From assembly GCA_951804945.1 (NCBI GenBank), contig OX638152.1:29326001-29390000 (forward strand): a DNA stretch of 64,000 nucleotides, written 5' to 3'. The notes under the pieces were generated by a model. It was not told the origin of the DNA. It saw only the letters and a program-made list of their open reading frames with translations, and did not search any database. Positions 25,791-40,029 of this stretch are shown here, piece by piece. The translations under genes and the position numbers were made by a program. The stretch comes from Podarcis cretensis (taxonomy: Eukaryota). Each line of letters opens with the position of its first letter. Position 1 is the first letter of the stretch.

Positions 25791-28594
25791 CAAGAGTGTG
25801 GCTGACCTAGTTAATAAAAACCTTTGGGGGGGAATATTATCTCAGTCATGTTTTGCAGAAGACTAATGATACTGAACCCTGTTTAATATATCCTAGAAAA
25901 AATGGTATGTTTAAGTCTAACATGGTTTGCAGCACTCCTCGTATATTTGTCCTTTATTTTTCTCATTTCCTCAGACATTATATTCTGAGTTATAGTCTAG
26001 AATGATATTTCCCATCCTTTATTTCTATTTCTTTTATTCAAGATTTCAACATTTGTTTCTTCTGTGGTTATTTACTTAGTGGTTTTCCGCAAATAAAATG
26101 TTAGTAAAACAAGAGACTAGTAAATTCTAATTCCTTTATCATGCCATAGAACTTTTAGCTAGATTCTACTCAGAGTAGACCTAGCTTAGTGATGTTCATT
26201 CATTTCAATACGTCTAGTTTGAGTAAAACTTAACTGAATACCATCCTTCATTTTTAATTGTGGTTTTGGTAGCATCACAAGTGCTCTGTCAGATGTAAGC
26301 ATCTTAGGAAAACATTTATTATTTCAGCCATTTAAATTATGCACTTACAACCAAAAAAACAAAGCCAGAGCTGCTTTATTCTGCACTAGGCCCACATACT
26401 TACTTGTCAATATACTAGAGAAAGTGATTTGTAGATTTTTATCCAGTTCAGGTTTCAAACAGGAAACCAGTGTCCTTACGTAAGGTCCTAAATACAGGTA
26501 CACAGGTCAAAGTTTTAAGGCTAGAATAAACTGCAAGGAACCTGGCATCTGTAATCATTTAGGTGAACCAAACAGAGAGTAAAAATCAGTATGAGGGACC
26601 TGCTTTTCTCCTCTTTTGCATATTCCTTGCAGTGCAAATATAACCATGCCAATTCAGGAGTAAGTCCTGTTCAATGCAGTGGGGCATACCCTTAAGTAAG
26701 GAAACGGGGGGGGGGGACCCCAGTTTGTGCATTGTCACTTATGTGTCCAAAAGATACCTCGTTAGCTTGTAGCCCATGGTCTGGATCCAAAGACCCACAC
26801 AACTCGGTCTACAGGTCTAAGGGACTTCAGTGCTTGTGTCCCTCAAACAATAACTCCTGTTTCTCATAGCAGCTTTTGAAACAAAGGATACTCGCAAAAG
26901 CACTTTGTGATATAACCTAGAGACTGGATTCTCATACTATCAACAGGGTTGCATCCTGGATTGTCACCTTGTCTTACGAATCATAGTGAAAGGACAAAAA
27001 AATCCAGGATAATCAAGAAAAACATTCTTAGCCATTTTCCTGGATCTTTTCTCGTAGCTTCCTAATCTTCAGATACTATCTTTGTAGAAGCTGGTAGCTT
27101 GTAAAAGCTACAAGAAAGAGTTTTTTAAATTGCTTTCATATTTTTACCTCTAATGAAACATGTTAAATAAGCATACTTAAGTTGCTGTCCTGACCCCACG
27201 ATGGTAATGTCTTTAGAATGAGTTTAGGATGGTACGTAGGCCCCTCTTCACTAGCAGGGCAGGACTCTGCCATGGCAGAAGAACCAAGCAATGCCCTAGC
27301 AGACAGAAAGCTACTGACACTTCTTCTCCCACTGCTGATAAAAGACCCCACTGCTGAAGACCTCAAATGTGGCATGTCAGGGCGGAATAGCAGAGCCTTT
27401 GTGTGTATGAGATCCAAAGCTCCACAAATCTCCTGAGGACCCCAGATGGTGCAGCAAAAAAGGAAAGATTCCCTCTCTCACTCACACACCTCTTCTGCCT
27501 TGGCTGGCTGCAGCTGACTGGGCTTTGGAATCTGCCACTCTGCAGCTCCCCGGTCCTTGATAGATTGCACTGTCTAGATGTTTCCCTGGTATTTGTATTA
27601 TTTTAGAATAAATAAAATTATTTTTATTATATTTTAGAAATGCTAACAATACGAAGTACAGTTTGATTCCAAATGCAGATTTACAATCTTGCCAGTGTAC
27701 TTCTATAGAGAAATTAGAAATAATCAGCTTGTATCTTTTCTTTTGAGATCCTTCAAGGAAACAAAAAACCTTCAGGAGTATGCAATTAGAACATCTGTGA
27801 CAGATCTGTTTTTAACATATTTCGTACTTCAGAATCCAAGGAAGTCTGGTGGTCTGTGGAACTTGCTTGTTAATTTCTTGATGAATGGGCACTGAGGCCA
27901 AGAAGTGCACTCAGTACGGCATGTCTTCCAAAGATAGATTATCTCAAATAAATTCTATTCCCAATCAATTTTTGATTTGTTAGGTGTTAAACCACTTCTT
28001 TGTAAGGGCAGTGTTTATAAGCCTTGTAATGAGACAGCCTTCTGAGACATTACCTCTTCTTTCTGTAATTTTGATAAATGGAACTCTAATTCATAAAGGA
28101 TACAGTGATTGAAGGGCAACTTTCGGTCTCCTACACTTTCATTTAGATAAATGCCTGGTATATTGTGGCAAATTGAGGTATACTCAACTGAGTGATAAAT
28201 TTAAAGAAAAGCCAAGCCAACAAGCTTCTATCAAACCAAAGCAGGGTAGTTTTATATGTCTTTCAGATAAATGTATGTTTAATATTGTAAAACAAAACTG
28301 ATTTCAGAAAGATTTGTCTACATCATTAATCAGCACATTTGCCATATTCACCTGCGTGTCTAGTACAGTACCTTTCTGCTACAATGCATTGTCAAATTGA
28401 TGTGAGAGGATTACTGCCAGCAATGACAAGCTAGTTAAAAACAAGTTGGAGCCCAGCCTTCTGTTTTGAAGTTTACTACCATGCCTTTGTTCTCTAAGAG
28501 CACACATCCCCATGCATTAAAAGTTCTTAAAAGGCTGTTTTGAAGTGTATTTTCGATAATTGATATTTGTATCAGTGGATAGATTCCATCTGTT

Positions 28595-28789
28595 CAGGGT
28601 TGCCATATTTCAAAAAGTAAAATCCCTGACACTCAAAGTTGTTGTTTAGCTTTTTTTAGGAAGACCCCAAAATTGTTGAGCTTTTTTGGGGGAACCTTTT
28701 GGAGCTGTTTTCACTGCTTTTTCCATCACATTGCCATACATCCAAAAACCAGGGCATGTCAGGAATTTTCCTGACATATGGCAAGCCTA
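28595..28789. mobile_element. hAT-like (Blackjack/Tip100-type) MITE 85 bp upstream of an NBEA exon
   Basis: Ends cagggttgccatat / atatggcaagccta (12 of 14 complementary); TSD not clear. Confidence 0.6.
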
Positions 28790-28874
28790 ATTTGCTTTGT
28801 ATTGGAAAACAGGTTGTTGAGACTGATCTAAAGACCTAACAGAATTCTAAAATGTTTGTAACCTTTTTTTATAG

Positions 28875-29018
28875 GCACTGAGGAAGATGTCGTGAAGTCA
28901 AAGAAAACCTTCCGAAGCCAAGCTGTTGTCAATCAGAATGCTGAAACTGAGCTCATGCTGGAAGGAGATGATGATGCTGTCAGCTTGCTCCAAGAGAAGG
29001 AGATTGACAATCTTGCAG
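28875..29018 (+). CDS. NBEA: Neurobeachin internal coding exon (144 nt)
   Basis: Acceptor cttttttttatag, donor GCAG|gtaaaa. Encodes (G)TEEDVVKSKKTFRSQAVVNQNAETELMLEGDDDAVSLLQEKEIDNLA(G); phase 1-1, in frame with both neighbours. Confidence 0.96.
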
Positions 29019-31059
29019 GTAAAAATCTTTTTTTAAAAAAGTTTGATGTAAATAAATGATATAAAATTTAACTGGTTTTCTAAACTTTGCCAACTGTGTC
29101 TGGTATTGGCATTTGTGTGAGATAGTGAGCCTTCTTGTTTTGGAAATGCTTGGTACAGATTGCAGAGGTTCCCCACTGTTTTCATCTAATTTATCCTCAC
29201 AACTTTATAAAATACTGGTTAGTCAAAGATCTGATGAACCTGGGTGACTCATGTCCAAATCAATCACGCCATCTGTCATAATGCACTGATAAAAAAAGAT
29301 TGATCTATGTTTTAGAAAGTATATTTTGAGTGCAGTAAATTAGACGTATTAAAGGATTTTTATTGTGAAAATGTAACAAAAGGGAAAATAAGATGTATCA
29401 GCCTGACCAGTTATGTTTAGAAGTATTCCCACCCATGTGAACATTTTATTCAGGCAGTGGAGGGTGATTTTCAAAACTTTCCCCATTTGGATTACAAGAT
29501 TAGAAAACAAACCCCATGCCTGGGTTTGAATGACAGGACAAGCCAGATCATGGCTTGTTTCCTGACAGCATAGCAGGACCAGGACAAGCATATAACACCT
29601 ATGATTTCACTGGCGTGCACCTTCACACTGCTTGTTTGCCTTAAATCATACTTTATTTTAACTATGGTTTAATGTTGGATGCAGACCAGGTCACTGCCAG
29701 TGAAGGGAGTTACAAGCTCATAGCAATCTGCTGTATATATAGATCAGACAACATTTTCCAGGGCTTCAGACTAAGCATGTTTTGGTAAATAATAAGTATC
29801 ATTTGTTCACAAATGCGGTTGTAATCAGAGTCCAGCTCCAGCACAGCAATTGGTCCTAACATAAATAAAATGATTGCTGAAACAATAAATGTCATTAAGA
29901 TCCTCTTAACATAAAAGCAGTTAATTCTGGGGCGTTAATGGTAGCTTCAACACTTGAAATGAGAAGTGGTGGGGAATCTCTTCCTGGAGAAAAGTATGGT
30001 TTAACAGATACCCCATACTTCTCTGCCATCTGTCTTGCATTCAGTGTAATTACTCCTTCCCATTTCCCCATACCAGTTAATCTAGACAAGTTTTAGGTTA
30101 ACTCACATTTTCTCCTAAAGTTCAAAAGGCTGAAGGAAGCAGAAGGTGCTTGGCAGTTGTTAGAGATCAAAAGGAAACTTTCAGCTAGGCTTCAGATTCA
30201 AAGGGAAAACCTTTGTACCTATGTTTTACAGCAGACAGGTTTTAGTCTTGTGAATTCTGGTGGGTGTGCTGCAGGGGCGATGAGGGAACTATGCACATTC
30301 TGTGAAGTAAGTGTGAAAAATGACTTCACATTTTCAGGGTTGTTCTGACAGTTTAATATGATATGGAATAACAAAGTAGCTTATTGTAGCACAGATGGAA
30401 CAATATTAGATAACTGAACTGCTAAGTATTCCATAATTAATTTGTATAAATATAAGCATAATACCTTAGACTACTAGATTTACCACTTTATGAAGATACA
30501 CTTTCAAAATCTGACCAAAAACAAACAAATGATGCACTATTGTTAGTGCAAAATTTCATTATTCCAGAAAATACTATGTAAAATTATGTTTTGTCACTTT
30601 TGAAATTGTAGTGAGGGACTGGGGTTATTTCATTATATACTTTTGTTAAGAAATGCCCACTTCTTGTTGTCCTGAAGAAAACCGAATGTGATAGAAGACT
30701 ACACAAAATAGCATTCCTAACTAATGCAAAATCTACATACATTAGTTACATTTAATTTAACTGAAGTCTCGGTCCTATTTCAATGAATACAGCAGTAGCA
30801 TACCATAATTCATGACGTTATGTAAAACAGAGAGCCAAAGTTTCCAAAAACCTTCATTTGGGTAAATGCCACAAAACACCCAGCCAGTATTTCTAATCAA
30901 TTTCTCATCTGTCTCTCCTGCTTATCTTACCAGCGTTTCCTCCACATCTGTGCTACTGGGGTTCTCATTCCTACCTACTATTTTCGCAGCCCTTGCTACT
31001 GTCCTTTCTCCCTGCACAGCCATTGCAGCTACCTCTTTTTCCTTCCTGCCCAACAATTA

Positions 31060-31791
31060 CAGTGGTGCCTCGCAAGACGAACGCCTCGCAAAACGAAAAA
31101 CTCGCAAGACGAAAGAGTTTTCCATTTTTGAGTCGTTCCGCAAGACAAATTTCCCTATGGGCTTGCTTCGCAAGAAGAAAGCCCATAGGGAAATCTCCGG
31201 GACCTCTTTTAAAATGCTGGCCGTCGGGAGCAAAGACTTTCGCCCACCGCCGGCCTTCAGAAGAGGTCCTGGACCTCTTCTGAAGGCCGGCGGGGGGCAA
31301 AAGTCTTTGCTCCCCCCCCCACCTGCCTTCCCGGGATAGCGGAGAAGCGCAGCACGTTTCTCCGCTATCCCGGACGGCTTTTAAAGGCAGGCGGGGGGGA
31401 GGAAAGACTTTCGCCCACCGCCTGCCTTCAGAAGACCTCCGCTGTCCCGGGGCGATCTTAAAATGCTGGCGGGCAGCAGCGAAGCCCTCCTGTCCCCGGA
31501 GCTTGCGGGGCGGGAGGTGGGGAGAAGGGCTTTTCTTCCCACCGCCAGCCTTCAGAACAGCCTTCTGAAGGCTGGCGGTGGGAAGAAAAGCCCTTGTTCC
31601 CCCCCCCCCCAGCCTTCAGAAGAGGTCGGGGGACAGACTGTCCCCGGACCTGGTCTGAAGGTGGTTTCCATAGGAACGCATTGATTGGTTTTCAATGCAT
31701 TCCTATGGTTAACCGTGCTTCGCAAGACGAAAAACTCGCAAGAAGAAAAAACTTGCGGAACGAATTTATTTCGTCTTGCGAGGCACCACTG
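31060..31791. mobile_element. Tc1/mariner (Tigger-like) non-autonomous element with internal fold-back palindromes
   Basis: Perfect 22-bp TIR cagtggtgcctcgcaagacgaa, TA on both flanks (31058-31059, 31792-31793), subterminal tcgcaaga repeats, CpG-rich (young). Confidence 0.93.
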
Positions 31792-32809
31792 TACTGATAA
31801 CGTGCAGATACCTTTTACCCATACCTGTGGTGAAGCCTTACAGTTTGTGCTGTTGTTGCCTAACTCAGAGGCTCCCATGATGCTACTCTGCATTTGGCAC
31901 AGGAAAAGAGAAGGGCCATACCTCTAGAGCACATGTACACTGAGCTTTCTGGTCATTTTCAAGTTTCACAGCTTGACTACTTTTTGTGTAAAACTAAAGT
32001 ACATAGGACTGCTTTCATTTTCTTTAGTGTTAGAATCATGTGTGGCTGAAATCTTATTACAGTTAAATAGTGTTTAAAATCTGATAAATGTTATTAAGGT
32101 TTTAAGAACAACAATAATGTAGCCACCTAATGAACTGCAGTCAACTTTATAAAAAAAAACTTTGTATTTCATCACCTTATTTCATAATAATAAATATTTC
32201 ATAATTTTCTGTTTCAATTTTAGCTCCTAAATTTCTTCCCAGACTGTTCATTTCAAGAGGCAAGTTGCTTATTGATAAATCACTTGAGAAAAATCAATAA
32301 CTAGTAGTACTTTTTGGTGTCTAAAACTATGAATCAGCAGCATCTCAGTTTGCACAATTGTAGCGAATTGATTATTATTAACTTGTCCATTTATTTTCTA
32401 TGTCATAAATGTTTAAAACATGATTTTGATTAATTTCCTGAATAACAAATCTACTAACTTGTAGTTTAGAAGTATGCTCCTAGCATTCTGTGGTCATTTA
32501 CTGACAGATAGTGTAAAGATAATAAGAGTTGGTTTGAACGTGGGGCTGAATATTGAATAATCAGTAACTTCTATAACAAGTGTGATCTGTAAAGCACTGC
32601 TTTATTTCTGAACACCAGAGATCTGGACTCCAACCCTTGATGGAGATTCAGAAATAGTAAACAGGGCCATCCACTAAATTTACAGGGGTATATGAAGCTG
32701 TGTTACACTGTATTAGACCACTGGCCTTTTTAGCTTACCCCCTGTCTATGCAAATGGGTTCTGCTTCTCCCAAGTCGCAGGCAGAGGCAGTTATTCTGCC
32801 ACCTGAAAT

Positions 32810-32880
32810 CCTTTTCATTGGAGGCAGTAGGGATTGAAGCTGGGACCTTCCGCATGCAGAGCATAGGCTCTGCACAGGAG
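32810..32880 (-). mobile_element. Degraded tRNA-derived SINE head
   Basis: Minus strand ...ctgcatgcggaaggtcccagcttcaatccc resembles a tRNA T-arm/B box. Confidence 0.4.
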
Positions 32881-35407
32881 TTCCTGGTATCTCTTAAAAA
32901 GCGGGAGTGTTACAAGTCCCACTCTGTTGAGCCAGGCCTACTACTTTTCCTCTTGGTTCCATCTATGGCTCCCAACCCTGCTCTCTCGTGAAAGTATCTC
33001 CTATCAACCATGATATGTAAGCAAGCCTACATGTTCTGAGGCAGTATTCCTAGGAATACTGGATTCTGGAGACAAGCCACAGGGGAATGCTGTTGGCTTG
33101 TGCCTTCTTTGTAAGATTCTCGGGGGACATCTGACTTGCCACTGTTGGAAAGAGAGTGCTGGACAAAAGATTGAAACAAGCAGTTATCAAGACCACACAT
33201 TGAATACAAATCCGCGGTGAGGTCTGAGCCCCAAACACCCCCTCCCCAAATTATTTCCCCTTCTAAAAATGACTCCTCTTGACTGATTTGCTGCAATGCC
33301 ATTGAATGCCATGCTCTGAATTGCTCCTCCTCATCCAACTTCTCATGTTTAAAAAAGGCCAGAGGGAAAAACAAATTCAGGCAGCCTCACACAGCAGTAT
33401 TGCACACATTATTTCTTCACCCTTGAAAGATTTTTTTTTCCATTTTAGAATATGCTGCTGCAGATGTTATGGCTGCTAGCTTAGAAGGCTTTTAAAAATG
33501 ATAAGATCAATTTGTGGAAGATTAGTTATGAACAACTATTGTCTGTGACAGCTAAATGGAAAGTTCGTGTTCAGGGGCAGTGTACCTCTGAATATCAGGT
33601 GCTAGAGGAAAATAGGGGAAAGCTGTCATCTTTGAGTTTCCAGGGAAATCTGGCTGGCCCAAGTGTCTCCAATAATTCATGCCCCCAGTTAACGCTTCCC
33701 TCTGCTGCCCGTCCCCCAAAAGAAAACTTCCCATTTTTCCAAACCATAAGCTCTGTCTTCCCAAGTCTTTTCTGCCCGGTGTCCATTTTCTCTTGTTCTG
33801 TTCAGAATAAGTTGGCAGGAGGATCTCTTCCCATCAGTCTTCTCCTGTCCTAACAATTCTGTTTTCTCCTCCAGATGGGAGAATGAAGGTGTGAAATTTT
33901 AGAATGGTCAGCTGCTGTCCAATAAGCAAGTCTGCACCACTGCCCAGGTAGCAAACCTGCCCTTTTCACTCATCCCCCTTCCCAGTGCCACAGCACAAGT
34001 GCCCATGCAATATTTTGGACTAATTTATAGGAGCCAATTCATTTTGTACAGCTGTGTTGGCATACTAGTGCCAGCGGGTACACCCACTCTGAGCTTTAAA
34101 AGCAAAACCCTAAGTTTAAAATTGTGTCAGTTGCACACATGTACATAGATCTTTTAAGGATTCCCCCCTCTTTTCCAAAATGGTAGGTGACAGTGTGCTA
34201 TGCAGACCGAATAAGAAACTCTGCACCTGCACTAAGATGCACCTCCCAAGTGATTCTGGGTTCTGTAACATTCTTTTGTTTTTTTAAATCCATAAATTGA
34301 CTGTGAACTGTTCTTCGGCTAGGGAAAAGTCTAATGGTTGATTTACTGGGAAATACCGAAATAAAGAAAGAAAAACATTTAGTAACTAGTCAGGTGTATG
34401 ATACTTGCTGTAGAAAGCTGCAACATTGTAATTATCCTATGCAAATTGCTTTCTTGGTTCTCTGGTACCTTGGCATGTTGGCCCTTTTCCAAGCTTGTTT
34501 GTAGCACTCATTAAGATGTGGCACAAACACCTCCCATCTTGCAGTGGCATTGCGTCCCTGCCTTTGTCTATTCCACCCCAGGCTCATCACAGGTGTCTGC
34601 CACCTACCAGCTCCCTTGCCCTTTGTGTGCACATAGGTATTGCCACCACAAAAGGTAAGTGTCTCATTAGTCATTCACTTAGCTTCTCCTATCCTCCTCT
34701 TTGGGTGCTGGGTGGCATTTTTTCAGAGGGCTCATCTTTCCCACTCTGTTGCCTGCTATCCAGGTGGCTGACAGTTTTGAGAGGTGGCAAGTAAAGCAGA
34801 GCTCTGTGTCTTCTGCATCCGTGTCTAGCTCTTACCTCTAGCCTCAACAGAGCTCCTGTTTTAGGGAAACTATAGCTCACTGCTGTGCAGCCAAAGAGAA
34901 AGTGGGACAGTAGTGTGGTGTGCCAGGTTATATCTGAGGTTTCTGTCTTGTTTCTTAGCAGAGAGAGAGGAGTGAGGGATGGATGTTATCCATCTCTATC
35001 TGATTCCAGCTCCCTCCTGTCTTTCTGGCTTCCAGCTTGGAGGCAGGACAGAACTGCAGGAACAGCTGGCTTAGCACACTGCTGTGGGGACTGTCCATCC
35101 TGAAGGCAGATGGAGGAATTGGGGGAGGCAAGCAGAGCAAGAAATAGGTGGTTCCTCCTTGGATAATTACTTAAATGGCTACGCATATTTACATGATTGA
35201 AATATTTGTTTGGTTTTTTTGTTTGAAGATTTGTGAATTTTTAAATTTCCCTCTGGACAAGCTTCAGCAATTTTTAGCAACACAGATTTAGATGTAGAGA
35301 TGTGGCCCATGTGCCCACTAGGGCTTTCCTGGCACTTTCCTGTTCAGCCCTTGCACTTCTTAAAAGTCGATCCTGAAGACTGGAGAGCCCTCTAGTTCAG
35401 TGTAGGG

Positions 35408-35677
35408 CAGGGAACAGCAAGGTTTATCTTGCCTAGGCTGGATCGGTCCCATGGAGATCCCTCCGTGGGCTGGATCGTGCGCATGTGTGAGCACCCACAA
35501 TTTTCAGCACATGCGCATGCGCAGATGATATTTTCGGCACCGCGGAAGCAAGTCCCCACTCCACACTGCACTGGTTTAGTGCAGCGCACGAGCAGGCAGC
35601 TTGGTTCGGGATGTGGGCTGGTCAAACGACCTCCGCGGGCCACTTCCGGCCTATGGGCCTTAGTTTGCTGACCCCTG
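35408..35677. mobile_element. hAT (Charlie-type) non-autonomous element
   Basis: Perfect 8-bp TSD gtgtaggg (35400-35407, 35678-35685); TIR cagggaacagcaa / ttgctgacccctg (11 of 13). Confidence 0.85.
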
Positions 35678-36431
35678 GTGTAGGGCTATTTGAAAATGTG
35701 CTGTTTGAAACAACTCAGAAAACATCAACTAAGCTATCATTCCAGCCTCTCCTTCCCCCTACCAACACAACTCCATTCGTTGAAAATGAGCCCAAATGAA
35801 AAACATCTGGAAGTTCACCATTTTCCCCAAACCGATGGCAATATTCAACTAAACAGTTTCACTAGCTCATTGACATTTAGTTCCCTGTTCTGAGGGATCA
35901 CTCACCTCCAGAGCAGATTTAGGGTGTGCACGGGGAGGAGAGAGGTTTAGGAAATTTGGTCGGGTCACTAAAAGTCTTTGTGCTGGCAGAACTGTTCAGT
36001 TGCGGCAACCACTGAAAATACTTTTATACGTGACTTTGTGTTGACTGGGTGGAAGCATAGCATAGGATGCAAGAGTGAAGGCTTGGCTGCTTATGGACAG
36101 TGACTGAATCAGGTGGAGGCTAGTGCAGAATCACTTCAATTTGTCTCATTATTTGGGGTACACACAGAGCCAATGGACATCCCTACAACTTGTACATCCA
36201 TGAGCCCTTCTTATGTGAGATGATGCATCTATTTCGTACTCTGATACTAACATCCACATTAAAATATATTGAAATGTTCCTTAGAGGCAAAAATGGCAGA
36301 AATTAAATAATAAAGGCAAACTTACCAAGAGGTTCTGTGAAAATATAGTATAAAGAATAGAAAGACAGGTGCTTTTGTCCAGCAGTTTGATTTTTTCCCC
36401 ATGTTCTATTTCAGGATGTTTTATAATGAGA

Positions 36432-36433
<2 letters not shown>

Positions 36434-36478
<45 letters not shown>
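36434..36478. repeat. (CA)22 microsatellite
   Basis: Direct reading. Confidence 0.97.
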
Positions 36479-36480
<2 letters not shown>

Positions 36481-37889
36481 TACTATGTTTTCATCATGTT
36501 TATTCAGTCACTATTTTATGTGACTAAGACTGAACTAACAATAGTTCATGGCCATGTATGAATTGGTATATTCGTTTTAAAATTTAGAAGTGTTCATGAT
36601 TTAGAAGATGGTGGCTAACTAATTCACCACCATCACTTTAATGGTAAAAGCTAAAATTTCTGTCCCTTTCAGATATGATATTCTGATTGGAGGTAAGGGG
36701 TCTTTACTTAAGAGTACAATCCTATGCATTTCTACACAGAAGTAAGTCTCACAGAGTTCACTGGGGTTTATCCCCACAAGATCACAGCCTTAGTACCATA
36801 CAGCAGATGTGAAATGACCTTTCCAATGCACCACTTCATTTAGGGCTGCTTCAAGTGACAGTAGTACCTTTATCATCTGCAACCCCGTAGGCAGCCATGA
36901 GTGTAAGTTCTAAAGCAGAATACAGAAATTTGATTGGCAGGCAAGCTGCATTTTTTCTGGCCTAGCCTTAGCTCATCTATCATCACTTACAAAAAACGTT
37001 ATAAGGATATTTTTCACTCATGTTCCTGTAAAACGTTGAGAAGACAAAAGAACAAATCTAGAATCTTATAGGAAACTCTTCATCCAAAATGGTCACAGTT
37101 TCTGTGCCAGATGCAGATGATTAAAAGTAGTTCTTGGCCATTGCTGATACATGATCACCTGGCATCAGATGAGAGGGGCTTTTAACTTTGTCCACAACCA
37201 TGTTAAATCCATGTGAACTGTTAGTTTTTAGCACAGTTCAAAAGCATTGTTTCAACTTTATCTGCTCTAGAAAGGAAGAACCAACATTTTTCACAGTGTC
37301 ATGGGGCAAAACTATAGTGTATGTTGGCTCTGCAGTACGATTTAAGTTGTTTTAATGAGCAAATAACTATATGAGCCTGCTGCAGGGGAGAAAAATAGCC
37401 AGAGTTTACTAAAATAAGCAGTATATATACTTGAAGGCAGTAGATGCCTTCAAGTATATATAGCAAAGGTATGTCCCAATGTCTGCAGCAATATAAATAT
37501 ATTGAGAGGAAATGCTTACAATATGTGTAAGTGTGAAGAAATAACAGGCTCCTGAATTTATATGCAAGTTACCCTTGAAATCTAGACTATGCATACACCA
37601 TGTGGTAGATTTTCCTCTTTAATGCTGAATAGTCTTTTTTTGCACTTTTGCACAGTTAATTTTATTGTGTACATCACTGATAAATTCATTTTTGAAGCTG
37701 TTTATTCGCCAGTTTGTCAGGAACAGAGTTGCTGGAAATCTTTAGTTTTTGCTTTTGATACAGATGGGTGGAAATAAGTTCTTGAAAACTTAAACTTCAC
37801 CAGTTATGCAGCCAAAAGTCAAATTCCACTTGATCTTAATATTAAAGAACAAAAATAGTGAAATTGTGGTGTGTTACATATTCTTAGAA

Positions 37890-37941
37890 TTTCTGCATGA
37901 ACTTAGAGTTCATTGTTTCTGCATGAACTTAGAGTTCATTG
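37890..37941. repeat. 26-bp perfect tandem duplication
   Basis: tttctgcatgaacttagagttcattg x2; each unit contains the palindrome atgaact-tag-agttcat. Confidence 0.95.
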
Positions 37942-40029
37942 TTTTCTATAACCGTTACTTTACAGACTACATGTTAGTGAATATTACTTATTTTATTTGT
38001 TGACTATTTTTCTTTAAAAATACTGTTCACACAGCAAGGGAATTCTCCAGCATCTAACTAGTTTATGTTTTGCATTTTTACTTTGTTTTGTAAACTATCC
38101 ATAGCTTTACAAACTATACCTGAGGAACAATTAATTTCATTTGATACAAATAAAACATATTTCCAAGAAATTCTCCCAAGTAAGTACATAATAGTAGCAA
38201 AAATAAAAATAAAGTGCAGGATCCAGACCATGGACATAGCGTCTTCACAGAGTATTCTCAAAGGCTAAGTAGAGCCCTGTCTCCATTCTCACTCTCCCTC
38301 ACATACTGGGACAATGCAAATATGGAATTAATGGTCTGTGCACACCTCCCTTATCCCATCCAACCATTCTTTTTGCCCCGATACATGTTTCTCATGCTGA
38401 GTAACATTGACAGAAAACAAAGTGCCAGATGGGGATATTGGCGGCAGACATGCTCCTTTGATTCCCCTTACTATCCCATTTGTGCATTTGTGTTCACACC
38501 TGTATTTCTGTAGACGAGGGGAGAAATACGGTTCTGAGCCTATGGCAGTCTTCTCTATGTGAACACTACATGTGCAGTGGATAGATTGTTCCCTGTGTGT
38601 CTACATCTTGTAGAAGAATATGCTGTTAGGCTTTTATACAAGTTCATTGACACTGCCTTTACATTCTCCCACCCTTCTAATTCTTGCCACTTTACAATAT
38701 AGTAAGCCTAGAATCTTGCTGGTTGTATATATAGATTTTCAAAATGCCTTACAGCGTAATCCTAAACCATGCCCTGCACAGGAGTGAAATCTTATTCAGT
38801 GGGGCTTACTCCCAGTTAAGTGTGGTTACAACTGAAGCCCTAAAAAGTTTGTTCTAAACTAAATAGCACCTTGATCTTAAAGTTACTTATTTAGAAGCAA
38901 ATCCTGTTGCTTCTAGTTAACAGTGCTTGATGTGGTTTGGCAGTCCACCAGTAGGTATCCCATGTGAAAATGGACCATAAGTTCTATACCTTGTCATTTT
39001 GGGGAAAACGTCTTCACATCTGGGTTGTTTCTGAAAATTATTTTGTTCTTCAGCTGTCTTCTTTTTAGTCTTGAACAATTATTAAATGCCAATTTTAATA
39101 TAGTAATCTGGGGAAATTGACTATTTCAGGTTGACTTTTTTTTTAGAGACAAAAGTCGATCTTACATCCCAAGTTCATTAATACTTTGGAAATTTATTGT
39201 TCTTCTGAAACATGTCTTTTCAGGGTCAGCTTATTTTTGTTTTTTGTTTTAGTTAAAAGAAGCATTTGATTCTAAAGTGCCTAAATTATTTTAACTTTAT
39301 AAAAAATCCTTATTACCTATTTATTAAATGATTTGATACTGCCCTGGAACATAGCAGCTTGTTAAAACTTTCTTTTTTAAACAAACCCTGCAAAACCATA
39401 CTGGTGGATTAATATGTGTAAAGCCATCTGCAGAATTTAATTGCAATAGCACCAAGAGGTCCGGTACTATTTAGTTGCTTTATTAGCTATTTTATGCTTT
39501 AAATGCCTTCACTGAAATTAGAAACACTGTTCTGGCAGGTACATAAAATTGGAGCTAATGATTAACAGGAAAAGGGAGTGATCCAATAAGCGCTACTTCT
39601 GTGCAACCCGCGTTTCCATTTATTCGCAGCAGGGCTTGAGCAGTAGCACTTCCAATGCACATCCTGTTGAGCACTGTAGAGAAAGTGCTCCCGTCTTTAG
39701 CAGAACTAATCCTGTCTTTGTTTTCCCGGAAGTAATTCCCAATGAGTTCGGTGGGTCTTGTGCCCCGAACTGCTGCCTTAGGCTATAATCCATACCTGGC
39801 AATGCACACCAGGAATTCAGTGGGGCTCAGGTCGAACAACTCCCTCGTGGCTTCTGCTCTTTAAGCTGTGTGAGCTTGTACAATTTAGTTTGCATCGACC
39901 GACCTTCATTAGAAGTCTTCCAACAAGCCAAACGAAATTCAGAAGGTGTTGCCTCCTGAATCTATACCCGACTCTTTCTTCCCTGTTACTCTTGTGTGTG
40001 TTTTGTCTAAAAGATGTCTAAAGGTCAAT

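Noticed and set aside
31060-31791. CRISPR-like or prokaryotic repeat array / contamination
   Set aside because: No constant repeat-spacer period; TIRs and TA duplication identify a MITE in clearly vertebrate DNA.
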